Below, piece by piece: positions 30,680-38,395 of a DNA stretch of 64,000 nucleotides. Position numbers and translations under genes: made by a program. Numbering within the stretch: the stretch's first letter is position 1; each line of letters starts with the position of its first letter. This DNA comes from Candidatus Binataceae bacterium. GTDB lineage: Bacteria; Desulfobacterota; Binatia; Binatales; Binataceae. Under the pieces are notes generated by a model. The model saw only the letters and a list, made by a program, of their open reading frames with translations, was not told where the DNA came from and did no database searches. Where the stretch lies: NCBI GenBank assembly GCA_035294265.1, contig DATGLK010000095.1:64326-128325 (forward strand). The letters run 5' to 3'.

Positions 30680-30707
30680 TATAACGGGCCTGCCCGGCGA
30701 AAGTTAC
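30680..30707 (-). promoter_or_regulatory. Candidate ECF-type promoter (GGTAAC-N16-CGTTAT on minus strand) upstream of sigma/anti-sigma operon
   Basis: Reverse complement of 30676-30712 reads tgcGGTAACtttcgccgggcaggccCGTTATaag, ~20 nt upstream of sigma start codon. Confidence 0.35.
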
Positions 30708-30876
30708 CGCAGTTCAAAAACTGCACTTGTTTCGCTTAAAGATCCGTAGTCAGCCTCGGAACATTACGTTAACGGCAAATCGCAGCAAGACAAATCTAAG
30801 CTTAGATAACATTAGCAAAGCACAGACTGGGGAGTGCCTTCGTCGCCATGCTTTGGAGAGGCAGAGCTGTGCCTGC

Positions 30877-31140
30877 TCAGCTACGTCCATGGGCTCCGGT
30901 ACGCGTGGTCTTGGCATTAATCCACCGGTCAACCGCGGGGCGATAAAACCGCCAGTCGGAGCCCAACCTGAACGCCGGTAGCTCACGATGCTTGATCAGG
31001 CGATAGACCGTGCTGATATGGCAGCGCAAATAATCCGCCAGCATTTTCACGGTGAGGATTTCGTTCTTATCGCTTGGATAGACGGGGCGTGTGCGCAAGG
31101 CAGGCCGGGGCACCTTTTCATACTCATGATTACGACACAT
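30877..31140 (-). CDS. Helix-turn-helix DNA-binding protein (excisionase/HTH_17-type, MerR-superfamily-like HTH)
   Basis: 87 aa; LTVKMLADYLRCHISTVYRLIKHRELPAFRLGSDWRFYRPAVDRWI matches excisionase-type HTH; no metal-binding Cys cluster. Confidence 0.5.
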   Translation of the reverse strand: MCRNHEYEKVPRPALRTRPVYPSDKNEILTVKMLADYLRCHISTVYRLIKHRELPAFRLGSDWRFYRPAVDRWINAKTTRTGAHGRS

Positions 31141-31171
31141 AAGTCTTCTTGCTGCTTGCCTAAAATCAAAA

Positions 31172-31222
31172 CGGAATAGTCGCTTGAAAGTTACAGGCCA
31201 TGGCCTATAGTCGCTGCTCTGC
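31172..31222. promoter_or_regulatory. Repeat cluster in divergent intergenic region: direct repeats ATAGTCGCT x2 flanking perfect palindrome GGCCATGGCC
   Basis: Sequence ggaATAGTCGCTtgaaagttacaGGCCATGGCCtATAGTCGCTgct read directly; also GGTGA-N5-TCACC inverted repeat at 31231-31245. Confidence 0.3.
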
Positions 31223-31459
31223 GCTGCCCGGTGATTTGGTCACCTGAGTTCAAGCCGGCTGGCTGGGTCAGTAAAGCAGCCGATTAGACCCAAGCTCAAA
31301 ATGAAGTTGCCCCGTTTGGTCGCACGCGACCGCTTTGCCCGCGCCAAAGACCTTATTGCAGTGCGCCTTCAGACGATCGCCACAGCGCCCGCGTTTGCGC
31401 GCACGAATCCTCTTCCAGAGCGAATGTTGTGACCTGGCGGCCTCCTCTCTATCCGGTAT

Positions 31460-31486
31460 GTAACCTTCAGGCCTCATCCCCGTTCT
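31460..31486 (+). promoter_or_regulatory. Candidate ECF-type promoter (GTAACC-N15-CGTTCT) upstream of merTP-merA operon
   Basis: ggtatGTAACCttcaggcctcatcccCGTTCTtagc, 38 nt upstream of merTP start; same GTAAC-N16-CGTT spacing as the motif upstream of the ECF sigma gene. Confidence 0.35.
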
Positions 31487-31523
31487 TAGCGGATGAACCA
31501 GGCATCGTTAGGGAGTAGAAGAA

Positions 31524-32141
31524 ATGCCTTTAAAACCTGAAAGGCTTGGGTGGCTGTCGGTAATTCTGGCTTCGACCTGCTGTCTCTTCCCGCTGCTCGC
31601 AATCGGGCTCGGACTGGGAAGCATCGGGCTCGGGTCGTTTTTCGGACGGTTCGAGCCGTGGCTCGATCTGGGGGGTGTCCTAGTGGTCATCGCCGCCTGG
31701 TTGTATTTTATGCACGAGCGACGACGCGTATATGCATTGGGTTCGACCATAAAGGGCGAGCGGCGTACGCTCGTCGCGCTTTCGGTCGCCACCGTTCTGG
31801 TTGTGCTTTTTGCAGGTTCGGCATTGGTGAGTCATCTGTTGCCTCCCAGTTCGCCGATGCAGACCACATTTGCGCAGAGCGCAACCATCCGCGCCAGCGG
31901 CGCTTCCACCACCGCTAGAGTCAACTACCCGCGCGCGGTTCTCGCGGTCACAGGAATGGAGTGTTACGCATGCGTGCCAGAGATCGAGCACAGCTTGAAT
32001 AAGGTGCCCGGCGTCCATTTCGCTCAGGTGGATTTTCACCATCAGACGGTTACCGTCGAATATGACCCTGCCAAGGCGACCGCCGCTCAGTTGGTGAGCG
32101 CGGTAAAGTCCGTGGGATACGACGCCAAGGTTGCGGACTGA
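31524..32141 (+). CDS. merT: MerT-like transporter fused to C-terminal MerP-like heavy-metal-associated (HMA) domain
   Basis: 205 aa; TM1 with ILASTCCLFPLL (MerT vicinal Cys), two further TM, then HMA domain LAVTGMECYACVPEIEHSLNKVPGV (GMxCxxC). Confidence 0.6.
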   Translation: MPLKPERLGWLSVILASTCCLFPLLAIGLGLGSIGLGSFFGRFEPWLDLGGVLVVIAAWLYFMHERRRVYALGSTIKGERRTLVALSVATVLVVLFAGSALVSHLLPPSSPMQTTFAQSATIRASGASTTARVNYPRAVLAVTGMECYACVPEIEHSLNKVPGVHFAQVDFHHQTVTVEYDPAKATAAQLVSAVKSVGYDAKVAD

Positions 32142-32162
32142 ACGCTCTGTCGGAGAGGTAGC

Positions 32163-33584
32163 ATGTTGTTGGAAAGGAAAGCCAAGGGTGACTTCGACTT
32201 GTTCGTCCTCGGCGGTGGCTCGGCGGCGTTCGCCGCGGCGATTCGCGCGGCCGAGCTTGGTGCGCGCGTCGGCGTCGCCGAAGAGGGTGTTATCGGCGGT
32301 ACTTGCGTAAATCGCGGATGCGTGCCGAGCAAGAACCTGCTCTATGCCGCCGAGCGGTATTACGACTACTACAGGAATGGATTCGCCGGTTTGCCCCAGG
32401 GCAAGGAAGCGGCGAATTTCGCTCAAGTCATTGCTCAGAAGGATGACCTCGTCGAGGGGCTGCGCAAGGCCAAATATTGGGACGTCCTGGAGGCCTTTCC
32501 GCAGATCAAGTTTGTGTCCCGCCCGGCGGCGTTCGTTTCTGCCAATGAAGTAAGTGTCGGCGACCGGAAGGTCACCGCCGATCATTTTGTCATCGCGACT
32601 GGGGCGTCCGTGACGCGGCTGCCAATACCTGGACTGGAAAAGACACCCATTCTTACGTACAAGGAAGCTCTCGACCTCAAGCAGCTCCCGAAATCGCTCC
32701 TGGTGATCGGCGGGGGGCCGATCGGCCTTGAGCTTGGCCAGATGTATTCGCGCTTCGGGAGCAAGGTAACGATTCTCGAAGCTCTGCCGTATATCGCGCC
32801 ACTGGAGGACGGGGAGATCTCCGAGGCACTAAAGGCCTATCTGACAGAAGAAGGGCTTCAGGTTCTCACTTCGGTCAAGGTGACGCGGGTTGAACCGGTC
32901 GAGGGCGGTGTGCGAATCGAAGCCCTGATCGGTAGCAAGTCGGTGGATTTCTATGGCGAGCGACTGCTGCTTGCCGCCGGCCTTAAACCCAACACCCGCG
33001 ACCTCGGGCTAGACAAAGCCGGCGTCCGGCATGACGAGCGCGGAGCTGTAGTCGTTGACGACCAACTCAGGACCAGTGCGAAAAACATCTGGGCAGCGGG
33101 CGACGTCACCGGCCAAATGATGCTGGTCACGGTCTCGGCGATGGAGGGCGGGATCGCCGCCGAAAACGCGCTCGCGGGCGCTCGTAAAAGAATCGACCTG
33201 AGCCACGTGCCCCACGCGATCTTCACCTCACCGCAGGTCGCCTCGGTGGGCCTGCGCGAGCGCGACGCGAGATCTTCTGGGCGCAACATTTTGGCCGCCA
33301 AACTACCTTTCGCGCACGTGCCCAAGGCCGCCGCCGTGCGTGACACGCGCGGCCTTTTGAAGTTGGTCGTGGATGGTCGCAACTATCGGATCCTCGGCGC
33401 GCATTTGGTGGCGGCCGAGGCCGCGGATCTGATCCATATCGGCGTGCTGGCAGTTCAGCAGGGACTCACGGTCGGCGACTTGCTGCGCACCACTTTCGTT
33501 TATCCGACCCTGGCCGAGGCATTCAAGATCGCGGCCTTATCGTTCAACAAGGATGTGACCAAGCTAAGTTGCTGCGCGACATAA
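32163..33584 (+). CDS. merA: Mercuric reductase core (MerA paralog 2, no NmerA domain)
   Basis: 473 aa; [13 protein letters not shown] redox centre; C-terminal KLSCCAT vicinal cysteines. Confidence 0.7.
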   Translation: MLLERKAKGDFDLFVLGGGSAAFAAAIRAAELGARVGVAEEGVIGGTCVNRGCVPSKNLLYAAERYYDYYRNGFAGLPQGKEAANFAQVIAQKDDLVEGLRKAKYWDVLEAFPQIKFVSRPAAFVSANEVSVGDRKVTADHFVIATGASVTRLPIPGLEKTPILTYKEALDLKQLPKSLLVIGGGPIGLELGQMYSRFGSKVTILEALPYIAPLEDGEISEALKAYLTEEGLQVLTSVKVTRVEPVEGGVRIEALIGSKSVDFYGERLLLAAGLKPNTRDLGLDKAGVRHDERGAVVVDDQLRTSAKNIWAAGDVTGQMMLVTVSAMEGGIAAENALAGARKRIDLSHVPHAIFTSPQVASVGLRERDARSSGRNILAAKLPFAHVPKAAAVRDTRGLLKLVVDGRNYRILGAHLVAAEAADLIHIGVLAVQQGLTVGDLLRTTFVYPTLAEAFKIAALSFNKDVTKLSCCAT

Positions 33585-33720
33585 ACAACAGATTTAGCCC
33601 ATGATCGGCAATTGATTCGCTCGAAGGCTTGCGTACGCGCAACCGTGCTTTGCCCCCGTTGCCGGGCCCTCCTGTTCGCCTACGAATGCGCCGCGAGTGC
33701 GGCCGAGAGAGGAAGCTTTT

Positions 33721-34062
33721 ATGAGCAAAAGGATTACGATTGGGATATTGGCGCTGAGCGTCATGAGCTTGATCGCGTTGGGCGGACGCGGCGTGGCTCT
33801 GGCCGGCGACAAGACTTGCCCGCTGCAAATCAAGGGGATGCAGTGCGCGATGTGCGCGGGCGCAATCGAGGCCGCGCTGAAAGCCGTACCTGGCGTCAAA
33901 AGCGCAAAGGTCGATTACAGCTCGGCCCGCGCCGATGTCGTCGTGGACGATACGGTCCAGCCTGCCACTCTACTGGGCGCGGTTAAAAAGGCCGGCTTTG
34001 AGGCCGTTCCCCTGCCGGCGATGCCCCAAGCTCAGGCGAAGGATTCTTGCTGCAAGCGGTAG
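33721..34062 (+). CDS. merP: MerP-like periplasmic heavy-metal-binding protein (HMA domain) with extra C-terminal CC
   Basis: Signal peptide MSKRITIGILALSVMSLIALGGRGVALA; GMQCAMCAG metal-binding motif; C-terminal KDSCCKR. Confidence 0.6.
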   Translation: MSKRITIGILALSVMSLIALGGRGVALAGDKTCPLQIKGMQCAMCAGAIEAALKAVPGVKSAKVDYSSARADVVVDDTVQPATLLGAVKKAGFEAVPLPAMPQAQAKDSCCKR

Positions 34063-34071
34063 GAGACGAAC

Positions 34072-34866
34072 TTGCGCACCGTCGATTCACTGCTAGAAAG
34101 CGAGGAAGCTCGCGTTCTCCAGATTCTTTACGATGACTGGATGGACCTTCTGCGCTGCACGACCATCGACCAAGCGATGGAGCGGGTGAGAGTGCCATTT
34201 TCTCATAAAAGGCGGCTGCGCATAGCCGATCTCTTGCGGCAGGATAAACGAGCCGCGGCGCTGATGCGGTGGGATCTGTCGGCATATGTACTCACCAATG
34301 ATGAGAAGCTCTTCGCGCGCCTTATCCTGCGAGCCGCACCGTCTCTTGCGTTGATTCCCGATCCCGAGAGTCTTGGCACGGCCGCAATGGACTGGTCCCG
34401 TGGGGGTATTCCGCAAGCACTTGAGGCCCTTGAATGGGTTGGATTCTTGGAGCATGACACGGACGGCTACAAACTGGCTCCGGGCCAAGCCCGCGTAGTT
34501 AACGGCATCGGACTTAACTTCCATGAAGTGGTGCTGACCGACCGCGGCGAGCGCTTCAATACCAATTGTGCGACCGACTTCTTCATCATGACGCATCCGC
34601 CGACTCGCCAACGTGTATTGGAGCACCTCAGTTGCAAACACCTGCCGGAAATTACCGATGGGATAAGCAAAAAGATGACAGCGGCGATTCGTGCCGCCTC
34701 CGCCAGGGGACGGAGCCTTGCCCAAGCCAGCGATTATACGCGTGAGCGTGCCATCCTGAACGACGCCTGCGCGTGGACGCATGAACCCATCGGCATCGCC
34801 CTGGATTCCGGAGAATTGACCGAGGTTACGCCGGAGACAACGTGGTATCTGCGCGGCGGTGGCTGA
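34072..34866 (+). CDS. Possible organomercurial lyase MerB-like protein (divergent)
   Basis: 264 aa; segment RFNTNCATDFFIM resembles MerB active-site region (WCALDTLIF, Cys96/Asp99), second Cys in HLSCKHL; similarity weak and not verified. Confidence 0.35.
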   Translation: MRTVDSLLESEEARVLQILYDDWMDLLRCTTIDQAMERVRVPFSHKRRLRIADLLRQDKRAAALMRWDLSAYVLTNDEKLFARLILRAAPSLALIPDPESLGTAAMDWSRGGIPQALEALEWVGFLEHDTDGYKLAPGQARVVNGIGLNFHEVVLTDRGERFNTNCATDFFIMTHPPTRQRVLEHLSCKHLPEITDGISKKMTAAIRAASARGRSLAQASDYTRERAILNDACAWTHEPIGIALDSGELTEVTPETTWYLRGGG

Positions 34867-35041
34867 GGAGTCAACAATCTCTTCCGGTCGGAAGAGGCCG
34901 CAAGCTGCTGGTTCCAACGGCATCCGCAGATTGTCGCGGCCGAGAGCGGGCTGGTCAGAAAACTGTTTGGCGCCCGGATTGGCTCAAACACCCCCTAACG
35001 CTTGTCCAAAACCCATTCCCACAAGCGGAGCGAGGAGAACA

Positions 35042-35317
35042 ATGAAACAGGTACGAACCACAGGAATCATGCTTGCCGCAGCCGTCGGTCTGATGTTTGC
35101 GGCTCAGCCTGTTCTGGCGGCCGGCTCGGGTAGCACGGCGTCGCAAGCCAAGGTCAAGTGTGTAGGCGCCAATAGCTGCAAGGGGCAGAGCTCTTGTAAG
35201 ACCGCGACCAGCGCCGGACCGGGCCAGAACTCTTGCAAGGGGCAAGGCTTTATCCTGACCTCGAATGCCAAGGAGTGTCGGGAAAAGGGCGGCCATCCCG
35301 AGTCGATGAAGATGTAG
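35042..35317 (+). CDS. DUF2282-type Cys-rich signal-peptide protein (bufferin BufA-like RiPP precursor)
   Basis: 91 aa; signal peptide MKQVRTTGIMLAAAVGLMFAAQPVLAAGS; core KVKCVGANSCKGQSSCKTATSAGPGQNSCKGQGFILTSNAKECREKGG with 5 Cys in pattern typical of DUF2282 (KCyGvakaGkNdCa...sCaG...C). Confidence 0.6.
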   Translation: MKQVRTTGIMLAAAVGLMFAAQPVLAAGSGSTASQAKVKCVGANSCKGQSSCKTATSAGPGQNSCKGQGFILTSNAKECREKGGHPESMKM

Positions 35318-35333
35318 CTGAGGCCAACCCATA

Positions 35334-35660
35334 ATGAGCCCGATGAGGATCTACCGCAGAGTCGGCTTCCAAAGCATGACGAGCAACGGTCTAAGGGTGA
35401 CAATCTCCGTGATTGCTCCGCTTGCTATAGCCGCAACACTGGCCGTTGCAGTTGTGCGCTACGAGCCGGCGTCGCTAGCCGCAGGGGAAGAAGCGCAGTG
35501 TCAGCAATCCTTGCGAAACACTATGAAGGAGGCGGCAGGCCACCCCGACGGCTCGCTTGGCCGCTTATTTGCGAACGACAAACTGGCGTCACGAAGAGTG
35601 GTCGAAGTCGCGGAGGTCAACGAGCGGCTACTGCTTGCCAAATCACCCAGGTTTACATGA
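35334..35660 (+). CDS. Hypothetical protein with one predicted TM segment
   Basis: 108 aa ORF between precursor and MNIO genes; no recognisable domain; followed by ~290 bp lower-GC non-coding tract. Confidence 0.3.
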   Translation: MSPMRIYRRVGFQSMTSNGLRVTISVIAPLAIAATLAVAVVRYEPASLAAGEEAQCQQSLRNTMKEAAGHPDGSLGRLFANDKLASRRVVEVAEVNERLLLAKSPRFT

Positions 35661-35945
35661 CTTTCCTGCCGGGCGCGCGTGACGCAGGCCCTCAAAACAG
35701 ACGGATGGCAGACAACAACAGACGACGGAAGTCCGTCAGTCATCGCAATTTGCGCGTTGAACCGTAGGCTTGATGCCTCGGGAATCTCATTGGCTATTAA
35801 GAAGGCGCTCGAAGCCGACCCGTATAACCACACCCCGATCTCAACGCGCGCCCTTGAGTTAAAGGCAAGGACTTCAGAAAACTCCCTGGCTACCAAAGAC
35901 CCTGCGTCCCAAAAGGCGACAAACAGTATTAAGTGAGCTGCGGCG

Positions 35946-36833
35946 GTGTTCCGTGAACGATTTTCAGACTTGGGCTATGGCGTCGGCCTGCGCCGCGAAC
36001 ACTATAGCCACGTAACGGAGCATCGACCCGCGGTCGATTGGTTCGAGATCATCACGGAAAACTTCATGGTCGCCGGTGGCCTGCCGCTTACGGTGCTGGA
36101 AAGAGTCCGCAGCGACTATCCGGTCGTGATGCATGGCGTGTCGCTCTCGATTGGCTCGGCGGGTCCGTTAAATCGCAATTACCTCGCCACGTTGCGGACA
36201 ATGACCCACCGGTTCAAGCCGTTCTGGATCTCCGACCATCTATGCTGGACGGAAATCGGCGGGCGCAACCTCCACGATCTCCTGCCGCTGCCGTACACGG
36301 AAGAGGTTGTCCGTCATGTTGCCGGCCGCATCCGCCAGGTTCAGGACTGTTTGGACCAGGAGATCCTTATCGAGAATGTGTCCAGCTATATGACGTTTCG
36401 ATGCTCGACCATGCAGGAATGGGAGTTTCTGAGCGCGGTGGCCGAAGAGGCCAATTGCGGCATCCTGCTCGATATCAACAATGTCTACGTCAACGCCTTT
36501 AACCACGGATTCGACCCGGTCCTTTACATCGATTCGGTACCGCCCAACCGCGTGGTTCAGTTCCATATGGCCGGCCACAGCGACCACGGCACCTATCTGC
36601 TTGACACCCACGATCATCCGATCCGGGAGGAAGTGTGGCGGCTCTACGAATTGGCCGTACGTCGTTTCGGGGCGACTTCGACGTTGATTGAGTGGGACGA
36701 CAACATCCCTGAGTTCGGCGTGCTGGCCGACGCCGCCAAAGAGGCGCGCGATCGCGCGTGGAACGTGATGGCGGCGGAAACGGAAGGTGGCGATGGATCT
36801 GGCTTTGAGCGCGGGGTCTTATCGCGCGCTTGA
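35946..36833 (+). CDS. DUF692 / multinuclear non-heme iron oxygenase (MNIO; MbnB/BufB-like RiPP-modifying enzyme)
   Basis: 295 aa, GTG start; full-length match to DUF692 pattern (VDWFEIITENFM...VMHGVSLSIGS...WISDHLCW...LIENVSSYM...LLDINNVYVNAFNHGFDP...FHMAGHSD...LLDTHDHP...TLIEWDDNIPEF). Confidence 0.8.
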   Translation: MFRERFSDLGYGVGLRREHYSHVTEHRPAVDWFEIITENFMVAGGLPLTVLERVRSDYPVVMHGVSLSIGSAGPLNRNYLATLRTMTHRFKPFWISDHLCWTEIGGRNLHDLLPLPYTEEVVRHVAGRIRQVQDCLDQEILIENVSSYMTFRCSTMQEWEFLSAVAEEANCGILLDINNVYVNAFNHGFDPVLYIDSVPPNRVVQFHMAGHSDHGTYLLDTHDHPIREEVWRLYELAVRRFGATSTLIEWDDNIPEFGVLADAAKEARDRAWNVMAAETEGGDGSGFERGVLSRA

Positions 36834-37378
36834 CAACCTCCTCAGAAGGAGCGAACGGCCAACTTCATAGGGGCTCGTTCGCTCCCGAGAGAAGATCGAG
36901 AAGATTGTTCATGGAGACGCTCGCCTCGGATCGGTCGAGCGGCTGCAGATTTAGTAACCTGCCGACTTCGGCGGGCTTTTGGGACGCCTTACGGGAGGAT
37001 TACCACGTCACCTTGGCGGTGATCGGCGAGAAACGGTTGCGCACGCTGGTCGCTGCGCAACTGACCGCACATCCATCAGACAGTCCATTCGCTCTGTGGA
37101 GTCGCTAGTTTCCGCCTGGATTTCATCGCTCGCTATTCGGAGATCACGCGATGGCTTTTTCTGGGCGACCTCGCGCGGCTGGAACGAACGATGCTGGAGG
37201 TTTCCCATTGGATGCGCCACTCGCAATCGAGAATCGTTGTGGCCGGATGATGAAAACTGGAGCTGACAGGCAAGGGCAAACAGACCGCAATCCCGGAAAG
37301 GCGCCGGATGACGATTCTGGTCTGGCGGGATGATAACGAAGTGTATCGCCGGCGTTTGGAATCGAATCGGTCGAACGG
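36830..37378 (+). pseudogene. Decayed DUF2063 (MbnC/BufC-like MNIO partner) gene: frameshift, tandem in-frame stops, internal deletion
   Basis: Frame 2 (36830-37108) gives ...VIGEKRLRTLVAAQLTAHPSDSP (DUF2063 HPP motif); frame 0 (37065-37250) gives LCGVASFRLDFIARYSEITRWLFLGDLARLERTMLEVSH (DFADFL...LEWA-like) ending in TGATGA; frame 0 continues ...RMTILVWRDDNEVYRRRL (C-terminal LLVWR motif) with ~50 aa missing in between. Confidence 0.45.
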
Positions 37379-37589
37379 ATAGCGCCCGGGCCTAGTCCGG
37401 GAAGAGGCAGCCTTTGGAGCTGTCTACGAAGCTGTTGCGCCATTGTTGGGAGCCGGCGCGGTAAGACACATCAGTGCAATGCTCGCGCGTTGGTTGCGCG
37501 ATGGCCTGCTTCGGACCAGGACCAGACAGAAAACACAGTATCCGAGTAACACGATTCAGCCGCGACCTTCCGAGCACGTTTTCGCTGCA

Positions 37590-38393
37590 ATGATGAGCCC
37601 TGCCTTGTTACACTTCTGGTTCCTGCTACCTATAGGCATCATTATCGCGGCGCTCGCAATGTCGGCCGGGGTGTCCGGCGCCAGCCTATGGGTGCCGGTC
37701 TATCTGCTCTGGCTTCGGCTCAGTGTTCCGATCGCTTTCTGGCTCGGGCTCCTTACGATGCTGTTTGGCTTCGGCAGCGGCGTTTACCGGAACTGGCGGG
37801 ACCACAGCTACGACGGTCCCTTAGTTCGCCGCTATCTGGCCGCGAGCCTGCCCGCCGCGCTGCTCGGCGGATGGCTCGCGGGACTCGTCAACGAGAAACT
37901 CTTGGTCGGCCTGTTCGGCGTTTTCCTGCTCGTCTACGGCGCAACGATCGCCACGCTCACGCTGCGCGGCCTTGTCCCGGTGGAGCGCCGCCAATCCATT
38001 TCGTATCCGTTTGCGCTCATAGGCGGCGGACTCACGGGACTAATCTCGATTGGGGTCGGAATTCTCGCCATGCCGGTCGTAATGCGTCATCGCTCCATCC
38101 GCGCGCCAGCAATGGCAATCGGCTCGCTGGTGATGATCATATTCTTCACAAGCCTTGCCGCAACCATCGGCCGCCTAAGACCCAGCTTCGTTAGCGATCT
38201 TCGCCGCGATCTGCCGCAGCTTGGCGTCATCATGTTGTGGGCCGCGCCAGCCGTGGTCTTGGGCGGCCAGCTCGGACCGCGGCTCGCGCAACGCTTGCCT
38301 TCCGAGCGGCATGCTCGGCTCTACTTCAGCGCCGTGGTGTTCGCGGTCGGCATCCTAACCTTAGCTCGCGCTTACGCTGGACCTCACGGGTGA
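37590..38393 (+). CDS. TSUP family membrane protein (sulfite exporter TauE/SafE-like)
   Basis: Start at ATG 37590 (MMSPALLHFWFLLPIGIIIAALAMSAGVSGASLW...); two internally repeated 4-TM halves with G-rich motifs. Confidence 0.6.
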   Translation: MMSPALLHFWFLLPIGIIIAALAMSAGVSGASLWVPVYLLWLRLSVPIAFWLGLLTMLFGFGSGVYRNWRDHSYDGPLVRRYLAASLPAALLGGWLAGLVNEKLLVGLFGVFLLVYGATIATLTLRGLVPVERRQSISYPFALIGGGLTGLISIGVGILAMPVVMRHRSIRAPAMAIGSLVMIIFFTSLAATIGRLRPSFVSDLRRDLPQLGVIMLWAAPAVVLGGQLGPRLAQRLPSERHARLYFSAVVFAVGILTLARAYAGPHG

Positions 38394-38395
38394 AA

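Noticed and set aside
30877-31140. HTH protein as a MerR metal sensor
   Set aside because: Has an excisionase/HTH_17-type helix-turn-helix but is only 87 aa and lacks the C-terminal coiled coil and Cys triad of MerR-family metalloregulators
34859-35041. Upstream in-frame extension of the DUF2282 precursor ORF (MAEESTISSGRKRPQ...)
   Set aside because: Extension lacks homology and would bury the signal peptide internally; ATG at 35042 gives a canonical n-h-c signal peptide typical of DUF2282 precursors
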